Shown: positions 19,919 to 30,644, counted from the first letter of the stretch. The stretch is DNA of 64,000 nucleotides from Fidelibacterota bacterium (GCA_046861385.1 JBHHTW010000005.1:1-64000), one strand, 5' to 3'. Notes: generated from the sequence alone by a model not told the origin. Made by a program: numbers and translations.

Positions 19919-20470
19919 ATGATACCGGTCAAAGTTCATAAAATATCATTCCATCCACCCAGCCGAAGCTACGCGGTGATCTTAAAAGAGATTGAAGGAG
20001 AAAGACGTCTGCCGGTCATCGTTGGTGCATTTGAGGCACAATCTATTGCACTGGCTCTTGAATTCATGGAGACTCCGCGACCATTAACACATGATCTTGT
20101 TGGGAACATTATTAAAGGAATTGATGGCAAATTAAATACAATCAAAATTACTAAATTGAAAGATGGTGTTTTTTATGCACGCCTTGAAATTAGCATTAAA
20201 GGCACCGGTCGGCGCTCCATTGATTCCAGACCCAGTGATGCTTTAGCGATTGCTCTACGTCTCCAAGCGCCGATTTTAGTTGCGGAGTCTGTGATGGCTG
20301 ATGCCGGAATGATGCCGGATATTCAAGGTGAAAATGAAAAGGAACTTGACATCTCAGAATGGATTCCGTCTTTAAGCTCTTTAGAGAAAAAACTCCGGTC
20401 AGCTATTGATGAAGAAAAATATGAATTAGCTGCAAAAATCAGGGATCAGATAAAAGAGATGCACACTTAA
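19919..20470 (+). CDS. Bifunctional nuclease family (DUF151) protein with C-terminal UVR domain
   Basis: LPVIVGAFEAQSI, PRPLTHDL and DSRPSDALAIA; tail AIDEEKYELAAKIRDQI. Confidence 0.9.
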   Translation: MIPVKVHKISFHPPSRSYAVILKEIEGERRLPVIVGAFEAQSIALALEFMETPRPLTHDLVGNIIKGIDGKLNTIKITKLKDGVFYARLEISIKGTGRRSIDSRPSDALAIALRLQAPILVAESVMADAGMMPDIQGENEKELDISEWIPSLSSLEKKLRSAIDEEKYELAAKIRDQIKEMHT

Positions 20471-21186
20471 GATTGTAGTATTTCTAAAGCATGTCGCGCT
20501 GCAGATTGCTCAGCAGACTTTTTTTCCATCCCAATCCCTGAAGGGTAAACTTCACTTCCAATTGAAACATGAACTTCAAACATCTTCTGATGATCAGGAC
20601 CCGATACGTCAATCATTTGAAATTTTGGATTTTCAATATTTTTTGCGTGACAATATTCTATTAATTGACCCTTATAATTAACTTTTTTCCATGCTTCCAT
20701 TCTATTTACCCAAATAGTAGAAAGCACTAATCTTCTTGTTGGATTTATCCCACCGTCAAGATACATTGCCCCGACGAGCGACTCATAAAGATTCGCCAAT
20801 TGTTTATCTGCAACTTTTTCGTTATTTAAATTGACTGTCCCATCCACATTGAAATGATCTAAAAGATTTAACATAGAACCCATGGATGCCAGAAAAGATT
20901 GTTGAACCAATGCAGAACGTTTTTTCGTTAAGACTCCTTCATCACCCTCCGGAAATTCTTTCATTAATTCACCACTGATAATAATATCAATGACAGCATC
21001 ACCCAAAAATTCCAGGCGTTCGTAATTATACTTAGGATCCGGGCTTACGGAGCGATGTGTAAATGCCTGACATAAAAAAGCATAGTCAGAAAATCTATAA
21101 TGAATCTGTTGTTCGAGAGCGGTATAGGTGGATGTTTTTTTTCGGAGTGCGGTTCGAAGCGACCTCAGAAAGCCCACGTTATTCAA
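20467..21186 (-). CDS. rnc: Ribonuclease III
   Basis: YERLEFLGDAV signature and C-terminal dsRBD. Confidence 0.97.
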   Translation of the reverse strand: MNNVGFLRSLRTALRKKTSTYTALEQQIHYRFSDYAFLCQAFTHRSVSPDPKYNYERLEFLGDAVIDIIISGELMKEFPEGDEGVLTKKRSALVQQSFLASMGSMLNLLDHFNVDGTVNLNNEKVADKQLANLYESLVGAMYLDGGINPTRRLVLSTIWVNRMEAWKKVNYKGQLIEYCHAKNIENPKFQMIDVSGPDHQKMFEVHVSIGSEVYPSGIGMEKKSAEQSAARHALEILQS

Positions 21187-22426
21187 TCCATTTTTTTAAA
21201 ACCAATACGGCATTGTGTCCACCAAAACCAAATGCATTCACCATGACATAATTACATTCATAATCTTGCGCTGTATTCGGCACATAATCTAAGTCGCATT
21301 CTGGATCCGGTGTTGTATAATTGATAGTAGGGGGGATCCGATTATGCAATAACGATTGGACACAGGCAACACTTGCGATGGCTCCACTGGCACCCAAAAG
21401 GTGCCCCGTCATTGATTTAATTGAACTTACTTTCAAATCATCGGCATGTGTTCCAAAAACGGTTCGAATGGCTGCAGATTCAGATTTATCATTAAAAGGC
21501 GTGGAGGTGCCATGAGCGCAAATATAATCAATATCAGTGGGTTCTGCATTGGCGTCGTTTAAAGCAAGTTTGATTGCTTTTACTGCTCCAGCTCCACCTT
21601 CGGCAGGTTGGGTAATATGAAAAGCATCGTCAGTGGCACCGTATCCGCTTATTTCTGCTAATATATTTGCACCACGGGAACGGGCATGATCCAATGATTC
21701 CATGATTAACATCCCGGCTCCTTCGCCCAAGACAAAACCATCACGATTTTTATCAAAGGGACGGCTGGTATTTTCCGGTGTATCATTACCTGAAGAGGAT
21801 AATGCTTTCATGTTGGCAAATCCAGCAATAGTCAGAGGTGTTACTGACGCTTCACTGCCTCCCGTAATCATAATATCTGTTTCACCATATTGGATTTTAC
21901 GGAATGCCTGACCGATAGCATCTGATGCGGAAGAACATGCGGATATAACTGTGTAATTAGGCCCCCTCAATCCAAATTGAATAGATATTTGTCCAGCGGC
22001 AATATTTGCAATCATTTTAGGTACAAAGAAAGGAGAAATCCGTCTGGGACCTTTCTCATGTAAAACAAGATGTTGGTCTTCCAGAGTTTGAATCCCCCCG
22101 ACACCGCTTCCGATAATAACACCGGCTCGATCCCTGTCGATATGATCCAATTCCAATCCGGAATGATTAATGGCTTCTTCAGCTGTAATCAGTCCGTAAA
22201 TGGAAAAGGGATCGAGCTTGCGGATATTTTTTCTGTCAAAATAGTCCTCTGCGTTGAAATCCGATAGCTCACCTGCGATTTTGACGCTAAAATCGGAAGC
22301 ATCAAAAGAGGTGATTTTTTTGACACCGCTTTTACCGGCCAATAGACCAGCCCAAAAATCGGAAACAGAGTTACCGTTGGGAGCAAGTGCCCCCAAACCC
22401 GTAATGACTACACGACGTTTCATCAA
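21179..22426 (-). CDS. fabF: 3-oxoacyl-ACP synthase II
   Basis: RRVVITGLG, SACSS, AHGTST, GHLLGA and FGFGGHN. Confidence 0.97.
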   Translation of the reverse strand: MMKRRVVITGLGALAPNGNSVSDFWAGLLAGKSGVKKITSFDASDFSVKIAGELSDFNAEDYFDRKNIRKLDPFSIYGLITAEEAINHSGLELDHIDRDRAGVIIGSGVGGIQTLEDQHLVLHEKGPRRISPFFVPKMIANIAAGQISIQFGLRGPNYTVISACSSASDAIGQAFRKIQYGETDIMITGGSEASVTPLTIAGFANMKALSSSGNDTPENTSRPFDKNRDGFVLGEGAGMLIMESLDHARSRGANILAEISGYGATDDAFHITQPAEGGAGAVKAIKLALNDANAEPTDIDYICAHGTSTPFNDKSESAAIRTVFGTHADDLKVSSIKSMTGHLLGASGAIASVACVQSLLHNRIPPTINYTTPDPECDLDYVPNTAQDYECNYVMVNAFGFGGHNAVLVLKKWIE

Positions 22427-22428
22427 AA

Positions 22429-22662
22429 TTATTGGTTGCTGTCAATATAGTCTACTGCAGCACCAACCGTCGTCATGGTTTCGGCATCTTCATCAGGTAT
22501 CTCAATGCCGAATTCTTCTTCTAACTGCATAATTAATTCTACAGTATCGAGAGAATCGGCTCCAAGATCATCCATGAAGTTTGCTTCAAGGGTAATCTGG
22601 CTTTCTTCGACGCCTAGTTTATCCATAACAACTTCTTTTACTTTATCGAGTGTTGAAGACAT
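22429..22662 (-). CDS. acpP: Acyl carrier protein
   Basis: [14 protein letters not shown] motif. Confidence 0.98.
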   Translation of the reverse strand: MSSTLDKVKEVVMDKLGVEESQITLEANFMDDLGADSLDTVELIMQLEEEFGIEIPDEDAETMTTVGAAVDYIDSNQ

Positions 22663-22676
22663 GTGTTTCTCCTATT

Positions 22677-23411
22677 TTATATCATGACCATACCGCCATC
22701 CACGGTCATGGTTTTTCCAGTAATATAACTCGCTTCTTCCGATGCTAGGAAGAGAGCCATATGAGCAATATCCTCCGGGTTACCAATCCGTCCGAGGGGT
22801 ATTTGTTTTATTATTTCTTCTTTAACTCCATCGCTTAACTCATGGGTCATATCTGTGGAAATATATCCCGGCGCGATGCAATTAACTGTAATGCCTCTAG
22901 AGGCTAATTCTTTTGAGGTCGCTTTTGTTAATCCAATTAAACCGGCTTTGGAAGCGGCATAATTAGCCTGACCGGCGTTCCCGGTTAATCCGACTACCGA
23001 TGAAATATTAATTATACGACCTGACCTTTGTTTCATCATGGGTCTGGTTACCGCTTTTATACCGTTAAAAGCGCCGGTTAGATTAATGGATAACACAGTA
23101 TTCCAATCCTCTGGTTTCATTCTCATAATCAATCCGTCACGGGTAATCCCTGCATTATTAACCAATATATCAATTTTATTATGTTCCGAAACGATTGAAT
23201 TTACAACATCGGTGAATTCATTGAATGCGGATACATCACAGGAAAATGCAGAAGCATTTGGTAGGGAACCTGCCACAGCTTTAACATCATTAATATTCCT
23301 GCTGATGCACACCACATGACTTCCTGCGTGAGAAAGCGCTTCTGCAATGGATTTTCCTATTCCTCTGGAAGCTCCAGTGACAATAGCGATCTTATTTGTT
23401 AAATCAAACAC
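22677..23411 (-). CDS. fabG: 3-oxoacyl-ACP reductase
   Basis: TGASRGIG, NNAGIT and YAASK; start set at GTG 23411. Confidence 0.96.
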   Translation of the reverse strand: MFDLTNKIAIVTGASRGIGKSIAEALSHAGSHVVCISRNINDVKAVAGSLPNASAFSCDVSAFNEFTDVVNSIVSEHNKIDILVNNAGITRDGLIMRMKPEDWNTVLSINLTGAFNGIKAVTRPMMKQRSGRIINISSVVGLTGNAGQANYAASKAGLIGLTKATSKELASRGITVNCIAPGYISTDMTHELSDGVKEEIIKQIPLGRIGNPEDIAHMALFLASEEASYITGKTMTVDGGMVMI

Positions 23412-24312
23412 GGTGAAGCTGGTCCCATTTTTCAATACCGCTCGTTTTAATAGTTCGATCAATCCGTTTACAGAGTCCTTGCAATACACGCCCGGAACCG
23501 ACTTCCATAAAATGATCAATCTTATCATTGGCCATGTTCAAGATAGTCTGGCTCCAAAGTACCGGACTTTCCAATTGACGTATCATTGCAGAACGAATAT
23601 CTTCTGCTTTCGTGACCGGTTTTGCACTAACATTAGAGTAAATGGGGATCATTGCATCGATAATTTCGAATGATTCAATCATTTCTGCAAGTGTATCCCG
23701 TGCACTGCTCATTAGCGGGGAATGAAATGCTCCGCTGACATTCAATCGTTTTACAAGCCGTGCCCCACCATCTTTCGCTTTTGTCATTGCTTCTTCTACT
23801 GCCCTTATTTCACCGGATATGACCACTTGTCCCGGTGAATTAAAATTGGCCGCGACAACTGTGCCGGATGTCTCATCAATTAATTTTTTGATTGCTTGAT
23901 CGTCGAGTCCAATAATTGCAGCCATTGTCCCTGGATTCTCTTCACCGGCGTTCTGCATACTTTCTGCACGGGCTTTCACGAGTTTTAATCCCGTTTCATA
24001 ATCAAATGCTCCTGCGAGTGTATAGGCAGAATACTCACCCAAACTATGTCCGGCGGCTGCAACCGGTTTAATTCCTTTTTCCATCAATAAGGTTCCAATG
24101 ATGACTGATAGAATGTATAAAGCAGGTTGTGTATATCGGGTTTGTCTTAATCGATCTTCAGGTCCTTTAAACATAATAGATTGAATATCAGTATTCAATA
24201 TCTCATTGGCGGTTTTAAAGTAATCTTTTGCTGTATCCGATTGCAGGTAGATATCTGCGCCCATTCCCACACTTTGTGAGCCTTGCCCCGGACAAATAAA
24301 GGCTAATCTCAT
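23404..24312 (-). CDS. fabD: Malonyl CoA-ACP transacylase
   Basis: PGQGSQ, GHSLGE and GAFHS; start set at ATG 24312. Confidence 0.96.
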   Translation of the reverse strand: MRLAFICPGQGSQSVGMGADIYLQSDTAKDYFKTANEILNTDIQSIMFKGPEDRLRQTRYTQPALYILSVIIGTLLMEKGIKPVAAAGHSLGEYSAYTLAGAFDYETGLKLVKARAESMQNAGEENPGTMAAIIGLDDQAIKKLIDETSGTVVAANFNSPGQVVISGEIRAVEEAMTKAKDGGARLVKRLNVSGAFHSPLMSSARDTLAEMIESFEIIDAMIPIYSNVSAKPVTKAEDIRSAMIRQLESPVLWSQTILNMANDKIDHFMEVGSGRVLQGLCKRIDRTIKTSGIEKWDQLHRV

Positions 24313-25298
24313 CTTATTCCACCCCAACGGATCAACATACTTCCCCAGGTAAAACCACCTCCAAAAGCTGCAAGTAAAAGTAAATCACCGTCATCCAAAC
24401 GATTTTCTTCTGAGGCTTCGTCTATACCAATAGGTATGGTGCCGGCAGTTGTATTTCCATACTTATTGATATTAATTAATACTTGATCCTCTCTCATCCC
24501 GCAACGGTCTGCGGCAGCATCGATGATACGTTTATTTGCCTGATGGGGAATAAATAATTTAATATCGGAGCCAACCAGGCTGTTCTTGTCTAATATTTCT
24601 TTACTGACTTTCGCCATATTCTTGACAGCAAACTTAAATACAGTTTTTCCATCTTGATAGACGAAATGTTGTCTGTTTTCAACTGTGTCTTTCGACGCTG
24701 GTTGAGCGCTTCCGCCCGCAGGTACAGTCAGATATTTTTGTCCACTTCCGTCTATATGAAGTATGGAGTCCAATATGCCAAAATCATTTATGCTGGGTTC
24801 CAATAATACTCCGCCGGCACCATCTCCGAAAATGACACATGTATTTCGATCAGTATAATCAATAATAGAACTCATGGTATCACCGCCGATTACAATTACA
24901 TTTTTATATCGCCCGGACTCAACCATTTTTGCTCCGGTTTCCAAAGCGTAAACAAATCCCGTGCATGCAGCAATAATATCAAATCCCCATGCATTATTTG
25001 CGCCGATTTTATGCTGTACAAGGGCAGCGGTAGAAACCACGGGATAATCCGGCGTACTTGTCGCAACAATAATTAAGTCTATTTCGTTAGGATGTTTTCC
25101 TGATTGTTCCAATAATTGTTTGGCAACATGCGCCCCCATGTCTGACGTAGCTTCCCCTTCGGAAACAAGATGTCTTTTTTCAATCCCCGTACGTGAAAGT
25201 ATCCACTCATTAGAAGTGTCCACCAATTTTTCCAAATCAAAATTTGTCAGGACGCGCTTGGGTAAATATCGACTGGTGGCTGTAATTTTGGCTTTCAA
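24309..25298 (-). CDS. fabH: 3-oxoacyl-ACP synthase III
   Basis: AACTGF, PHQANKRI and YGNT motifs. Confidence 0.97.
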   Translation of the reverse strand: MKAKITATSRYLPKRVLTNFDLEKLVDTSNEWILSRTGIEKRHLVSEGEATSDMGAHVAKQLLEQSGKHPNEIDLIIVATSTPDYPVVSTAALVQHKIGANNAWGFDIIAACTGFVYALETGAKMVESGRYKNVIVIGGDTMSSIIDYTDRNTCVIFGDGAGGVLLEPSINDFGILDSILHIDGSGQKYLTVPAGGSAQPASKDTVENRQHFVYQDGKTVFKFAVKNMAKVSKEILDKNSLVGSDIKLFIPHQANKRIIDAAADRCGMREDQVLININKYGNTTAGTIPIGIDEASEENRLDDGDLLLLAAFGGGFTWGSMLIRWGGIR

Positions 25299-26296
25299 TG
25301 GTTGTTCCCCAGGTGTTCGTTAATTCCTATTTGAATATCAGAAACGAGGTGCCGGTTAACGCATTTATTTGCAAGTAAAATTGAATTTTTAATCGCTTTT
25401 GTATTTGAACTTCCATGAGCCACAATACACACTCCTTTTACCCCCAAAAGGGGAGAGCCTCCGTGTTCTTCATAATCAAATTGCCTACTAATAGATTCCA
25501 GAACGGGATTTAACAGTTTGACGCCGATTTGATATGTGAGTTTTTCTTTAATCTTCTTCTTGACCAAATCACTAAACAACGTAATCCATCCCTCGGCAAA
25601 TTTTATGATGGTGTTACCAACGAATCCATCGCAAATTAAAACATCTGCTTCAGATGTCAGCACGTTTCGTCCTTCAATATTCCCGATAAAATTTGGAAGT
25701 CCTTTTTTAAATAGATCGTAGGTTTCCCGATAAAGGTCACTGCCTTTCCCCGGTTCTGTTCCAATATTAATTAATCCAATTTTGGGATTTTTAACCCCTT
25801 CCACATGGTCAAGGTACAGTGACGCCATCACTGCGAATTGTAATAAGTGGTGTGGTTTTGCATCCGGGTTTGCACCGACATCGCACAATATTTTCCCCCC
25901 GAGATCAGTTGGGATATATGCTCCCAACGCCGGTCGTCTTGCTCCTTCAATCCTACCCAAAGATAATATGGCGGTGGATAATACTGCTCCGGTATGTCCG
26001 GCGCTGACAAATGCATCTGCCACACCATTTTTTAACAGTTCGATACCCCTGACTAAAGACGAATCCGGTTTTTCTTTTAATACACGCGATCCTCTGTCAT
26101 TCATTGAAACCACTTGAGTCGTAGGAATAATATGTATGTGCTTGGGATTTGGAATCGGAAGGAACTCAGATATCAGTTGTTCATTTCCTGTTAGAAAAAC
26201 CTCGATTGATTTATCGGCATTATGAGCTTCAATTGCACCATGCACTGCTGCCTCAGGTGCTAAATCGCCACCCATCGCATCTAAAGCTATTTTCAT
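25295..26296 (-). CDS. plsX: Phosphate acyltransferase
   Basis: IALDAMGGD, DVGAN and CDGFVGN. Confidence 0.97.
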   Translation of the reverse strand: MKIALDAMGGDLAPEAAVHGAIEAHNADKSIEVFLTGNEQLISEFLPIPNPKHIHIIPTTQVVSMNDRGSRVLKEKPDSSLVRGIELLKNGVADAFVSAGHTGAVLSTAILSLGRIEGARRPALGAYIPTDLGGKILCDVGANPDAKPHHLLQFAVMASLYLDHVEGVKNPKIGLINIGTEPGKGSDLYRETYDLFKKGLPNFIGNIEGRNVLTSEADVLICDGFVGNTIIKFAEGWITLFSDLVKKKIKEKLTYQIGVKLLNPVLESISRQFDYEEHGGSPLLGVKGVCIVAHGSSNTKAIKNSILLANKCVNRHLVSDIQIGINEHLGNNH

Positions 26297-26305
26297 AAAG
26301 GGAGG

Positions 26306-26485
26306 TTAGTTGTTTGGAGAAATGACAGGGCGACCGCGATAATATCCACAGTTTGGGCAAGCTCTATGCGGCATTTTTGCCTGGTCACATTGCGGACATT
26401 TGGCAACTTGTACATGGCCTGCTTTATAGTGGGTGCGGCGTTTTCTGCCACGGGCTTTTGATATTCTTGTCTTTGGTAGAGCCAT
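26306..26485 (-). CDS. rpmF: 50S ribosomal protein L32 (59 aa, Zn-ribbon type; absent from the ORF track)
   Basis: Manual translation MALPKTRISKARGRKRRTHYKAGHVQVAKCPQCDQAKMPHRACPNCGYYRGRPVISPNN; canonical position between yceD and plsX. Confidence 0.97.
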   Translation of the reverse strand: MALPKTRISKARGRKRRTHYKAGHVQVAKCPQCDQAKMPHRACPNCGYYRGRPVISPNN

Positions 26486-26515
26486 AAAAATACTCCGATA
26501 ATTATTTTAATTCAG

Positions 26516-27010
26516 TTAAGTTAGTTTCTTCAGTTTATCCCAGCGGGGATCGTTAGCGTTATTCGAGCAGTTACAGTCTTCTTCATTTAAACAACATCCA
26601 CAAGAAGTACACAATCCTTTGCAATCTTCACTGCATAGATTTTTCACAGGACGATCTAAAATCATATATTCCATCAAGATTGGTCGAATGTCCAAACTAT
26701 CTTGTTGACTGGTGAAATACACAACATTGATTTCATTTTCGGTTGCCAGTTCACTTTTGTCCGTCAGTAAAATGGTAAAGTGTATAACCTGATAAGTCCT
26801 ACAATCGGTTAAACATCTATCGCACTGCTCCAAAAAAGGAACATTTAGTTGACCTCTTAAATAATATCCATGAGGCGAAACATCAGAACTGATCGTGCAT
26901 TTGATAGAATCCTCATAAAACCGGATAGAATCCTGTTCCATAGATTTGCTGGAAATTTCAAATAGCTTTTTTTTCAGTCCGACTTCTAGTTCGGAGCGGA
27001 AAATTTTCAT
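26516..27010 (-). CDS. yceD: DUF177 / YceD family protein
   Basis: CDRCL, LCSEDCKGLCTSCG and DPRWDKL motifs; upstream of rpmF. Confidence 0.92.
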   Translation of the reverse strand: MKIFRSELEVGLKKKLFEISSKSMEQDSIRFYEDSIKCTISSDVSPHGYYLRGQLNVPFLEQCDRCLTDCRTYQVIHFTILLTDKSELATENEINVVYFTSQQDSLDIRPILMEYMILDRPVKNLCSEDCKGLCTSCGCCLNEEDCNCSNNANDPRWDKLKKLT

Positions 27011-27112
27011 TTTTTAGGGCGGGAAAATACTTCTTTTAGAGAGGTGTTTCCTATGTTTAATTAAAACTTGAAATTGAATAAAACTCCATTCATTTTCTTC
27101 AACAGAATTCGA

Positions 27113-28387
27113 TTAGTCAGAGCCATTGCTCGGTTTTGAATCATCATTTTCCGTTATATCCGATTCATCCAGTGACGTATCAATTTCATCATCATCATCT
27201 TCATCCTCTTCCTCGAGTTCGTCTTCATCTTTTCGTTCCAGAATATTATCGTCATCTGATTTCTTTTTAAATATGACGAACATGAGCGTTTCACCAACGG
27301 AGAAAATGGATAATACATACGCTGCGACGGAAAAAATCAATAGGAAAAGAAATACAGCCAGAATGACACCGGCTGCAGTTTCCGTTCCCGAAATGGATGC
27401 TAAATCAACATTGGCAATCGTGTCACAGTGAGCAAATAGATTTCCGTTACAGCAAGCAGATACGTGCTTTGCACAGGAAGTAGAAACATGCCCTGCGCAA
27501 GAAGCCGCATGGTGTCCGATGTTACAAATCGATGATGTCAATCTGCATAAACTATCAGGGAAAACTATATTAGATGCATAGGCAACAATATTTGCCAATT
27601 TAGATCCCATGAACCATTCGCATCCGAAAAACCAGTTGATTAAATGAAAGCCGCCCATCCAAATCCACGAAAAAATCTTAAAGGCAAGTATTCCAATGGG
27701 CAATAGAACCAGATGGTAGAGAATGATTCGCCAGGGCTGGGACCATGTAATGGAATAAGAATTAAAAACCGTTCCCATAGTGTCTTCTTCATAAGCGCTG
27801 ATAATCGCTGGTGTATATATAAATGAAACACCGAAAACGATGGCAGTGTAAATGGTAAAAATAGCGCCAAAGAAATACAACAAATATGGAATGACAAACA
27901 AAAATTCACCTACATAGGGAATTTTGCCCAATAGTCCAAAAAATGCAGCCAGACCAAAGAAAAATGCCAATATGAACAAAAAGGAAACGGAAGTAAAAAC
28001 AACCGGGTGCCAGTGTTTTTTAACGTATTTCCACGCATCACCCGATGAAAAGAATTCATCCCCTTTCAATTGTTTGTACGTGATTCTGGATACAGCCGTG
28101 CAGCCAAAATTTATTGCCAACAGCAGCAATATCGAGCCAATCCAATAAATTAGGTAAGCAAACCAGGGACCGGGATTTCCCAGTAAACATGGATATAATC
28201 CATACCGGGTCCACATATCGGAGAATGCGTAACCAGCCAAACCAAAAGATATGTATGTTAATATTAAATATGCAAGATACCCGATGAGTAATGCCTGGAT
28301 AAAAACCAGTATCTTTTTACCGCTCAATGCTAATCTTGGTGCGCGAAAAATATCTCTCACGTCAAAATATAGTTTCATGGGACTCAT
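27113..28387 (-). CDS. Polytopic membrane protein with Cys/His-rich repeat loop and acidic C-terminal tail
   Basis: Several TM helices; CAGHVSTS-CAKHVSAC repeat; EDELEEEDEDDDDE tail. Confidence 0.85.
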   Translation of the reverse strand: MSPMKLYFDVRDIFRAPRLALSGKKILVFIQALLIGYLAYLILTYISFGLAGYAFSDMWTRYGLYPCLLGNPGPWFAYLIYWIGSILLLLAINFGCTAVSRITYKQLKGDEFFSSGDAWKYVKKHWHPVVFTSVSFLFILAFFFGLAAFFGLLGKIPYVGEFLFVIPYLLYFFGAIFTIYTAIVFGVSFIYTPAIISAYEEDTMGTVFNSYSITWSQPWRIILYHLVLLPIGILAFKIFSWIWMGGFHLINWFFGCEWFMGSKLANIVAYASNIVFPDSLCRLTSSICNIGHHAASCAGHVSTSCAKHVSACCNGNLFAHCDTIANVDLASISGTETAAGVILAVFLFLLIFSVAAYVLSIFSVGETLMFVIFKKKSDDDNILERKDEDELEEEDEDDDDEIDTSLDESDITENDDSKPSNGSD

Positions 28388-28404
28388 TATTATTCTCCTA
28401 TGTG

Positions 28405-29325
28405 TTATTCTTCAAAACGCACATAATCAACCCAGGTTGACATACCACGTTTTTCGGAAATTACTTTTGCAACTAAGGTAGCCGCTTTACGGCTATCATA
28501 ACTTCCAACACGGATTCTGTACCAAATTTCATCCGTCTCTTTAAAATATGCTTTTTGTATATAGGCATCATATCCATCATCAATTAATCCTGCAGCGACC
28601 GATTCAGCGTCTGATAACATTTTTTTTGATGCCAATTGAATTGTAAATCGATCAGTCATTTTCGGAATGGTTGATCCCAAAAGAATGGTTGGTTTCGGCA
28701 ATGGCGGTGGGGGAACTGTCTTCATTATTATTTCTTCTTCTACTTCTTCATTAATATCTTTAATGGGGACAGACAATTCAATCGTATCGGTACTTTCCAG
28801 AACAGAATCATTCACTGTCGTATCCTGTACAAGCACTTCAGCAAGGATCGGATTATTTATGTCCATCAATTCTTCTGAATGTTCTTCTTCTAACCATTTT
28901 TGGTCTTCCTCTGTTTCTATCCATTCATCTTCAATTGCAGCAGTTTCTTCTGTCGGTGGGGTATTGTTTCCTTCCTCAATATTGATGACGAATGACTGGA
29001 CCGATAATTGATCTCCATACTGTAGCACATTTACTTCTAATTCATAAATTCCTGATTGATCAGGAATAAAGGTCACGACAGACCGATTATCATTATAGCT
29101 AAAATCACTGGGATTCACAATGGATGCATCCGGTTGATTTATCATATCCCAAACATAATCTAAATCATCGCTATCTTCAGGAATGATAGCACTCAACTCA
29201 ATCGCTTCTCCGATGATTCCGGATGGAATATCCTTCTCGCAGCCTGTGAGGAGCAGGAAAAGGCTGACGATTGCTGTGATAATGGGCGTGTTAGGTCTGT
29301 AAGACAGAATAAGTTTCCTATTCAA
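28405..29325 (-). CDS. SPOR-domain lipoprotein
   Basis: Lipobox LTGC; Ig/PKD-like N-terminus; C-terminal FTIQLAS...WYRIRVGSY. Confidence 0.85.
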   Translation of the reverse strand: MNRKLILSYRPNTPIITAIVSLFLLLTGCEKDIPSGIIGEAIELSAIIPEDSDDLDYVWDMINQPDASIVNPSDFSYNDNRSVVTFIPDQSGIYELEVNVLQYGDQLSVQSFVINIEEGNNTPPTEETAAIEDEWIETEEDQKWLEEEHSEELMDINNPILAEVLVQDTTVNDSVLESTDTIELSVPIKDINEEVEEEIIMKTVPPPPLPKPTILLGSTIPKMTDRFTIQLASKKMLSDAESVAAGLIDDGYDAYIQKAYFKETDEIWYRIRVGSYDSRKAATLVAKVISEKRGMSTWVDYVRFEE

Positions 29326-29747
29326 TAATCAAGAATTTCATTGGAAGAATAGAAAAAAGCAATTTCTTTTTCAGCATTTTCATCAGAGTCTGATCCATGG
29401 ACTGCATTGTTTTGAAGGCTTTCAGCAAAATCTTTTCTGATGGTGCCTTCGGCTGCATCCTCTGGATTGGTAGCGCCAATTAATGCCCGAAATTCGCTAA
29501 CGGCATTGTCTTTTTCGAGTGCCATCGGCATGCAAGGACCCGATGTCATAAATTCAACCAGATCCTGATAAAATGGTCGATCTTTATGAACTTCATAAAA
29601 TCCTTCTGCTTGCTGGCGGCTTAAATGCATTAATTTAGCCGCTTGGATTTGAAAACCCGCTGTAATGATTCTGTCCATGATTTTCCCGGTGAAACCATTC
29701 CCGACTGCATCCGGTTTTATTATCGCCAATGTTTTATTTTTCACCAA
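29322..29747 (-). CDS. ndk: Nucleoside diphosphate kinase
   Basis: TLAIIKPDAV and NAVHGSDS. Confidence 0.98.
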   Translation of the reverse strand: MVKNKTLAIIKPDAVGNGFTGKIMDRIITAGFQIQAAKLMHLSRQQAEGFYEVHKDRPFYQDLVEFMTSGPCMPMALEKDNAVSEFRALIGATNPEDAAEGTIRKDFAESLQNNAVHGSDSDENAEKEIAFFYSSNEILDY

Positions 29748-29753
29748 AGTCTC

Positions 29754-30644
29754 CTACTTATTGCCTTTTTTTGAATGAATTAATTTAGCCATAGTTGACC
29801 CAATTTCGGCAGGGCTATTAACCACCGCGATTCCGGCAGCCTCAAGGGCCGCGACCTTTTCAGACGCAGTTCCTTTTCCGCCGGCAATGATTGCGCCTGC
29901 ATGACCCATACGCCGTCCTGGTGGCGCAGTCTGTCCTGCAATGAATGCAACGATTGGTTTTTTTAAGTGATTATCAACCACCCATTGAGCCGCTTCTTCC
30001 TCAGCCGTTCCACCAATTTCACCGATTAACACCACGCCATCGGTTTCATCATCTTCAGCAAATAATGATAGCATATCGATAAAGGTTGTACCGATAATTG
30101 GATCGCCGCCAATGCCTACTGATGTTGACTGACCCAAACCGGCAGCCACCAATTGGTGGACAGCTTCGTAGGTTAACGTCCCGGATCGTGAAATGACTCC
30201 AATCGTCCCCGGTTGATGAATAAATCCAGGCATTATACCTACTTTTGCTTTTCCTGGGGAAATAACTCCCGGACAATTGGGACCAACCAGCCGGGTCGGG
30301 AGATGCTTAATTTTATAATCTACCGTGACCATATCTGCTGTTGGAATCCCTTCTGTGATACAAATAATAAGTTCAATACCGGCTTCTGCGGCTTCGATTA
30401 TGGCGCCGGCAGCAAATGCGGGAGGAACAAAAATAACGGATGTATTTGCACTCGTTTTATCCATTGCTTCCTTTACAGTATTAAACACCGGAACACCTAT
30501 CGCAGCTTGACCGCCTTTCCCCGGTGTAACGCCACCCACCAAGTTTGTACCATATTCTTTAATTTGACTACCGTGAAACGATCCTTCGGAACCCGTAATT
30601 CCCTGGATAATCAATCGTGTGTCATTTCCAACTAATACGCTCAT
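29754..30644 (-). CDS. sucD: Succinyl-CoA synthetase alpha subunit
   Basis: QGITG, GPNCPG and RMGHAGA. Confidence 0.98.
   Translation of the reverse strand: MSVLVGNDTRLIIQGITGSEGSFHGSQIKEYGTNLVGGVTPGKGGQAAIGVPVFNTVKEAMDKTSANTSVIFVPPAFAAGAIIEAAEAGIELIICITEGIPTADMVTVDYKIKHLPTRLVGPNCPGVISPGKAKVGIMPGFIHQPGTIGVISRSGTLTYEAVHQLVAAGLGQSTSVGIGGDPIIGTTFIDMLSLFAEDDETDGVVLIGEIGGTAEEEAAQWVVDNHLKKPIVAFIAGQTAPPGRRMGHAGAIIAGGKGTASEKVAALEAAGIAVVNSPAEIGSTMAKLIHSKKGNK

Noticed and set aside
23412-23528. Long N-terminal extension of FabG (similarly GFA 3890-3982 and PMM 16405-16500)
   Set aside because: These come from longest-ORF calling; downstream starts match family lengths and operon coupling.
27126-27431. 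Poly-serine ORF on the + strand
   Set aside because: It is the antisense reading of the Asp/Glu-rich tail of the 27113-28387 gene.
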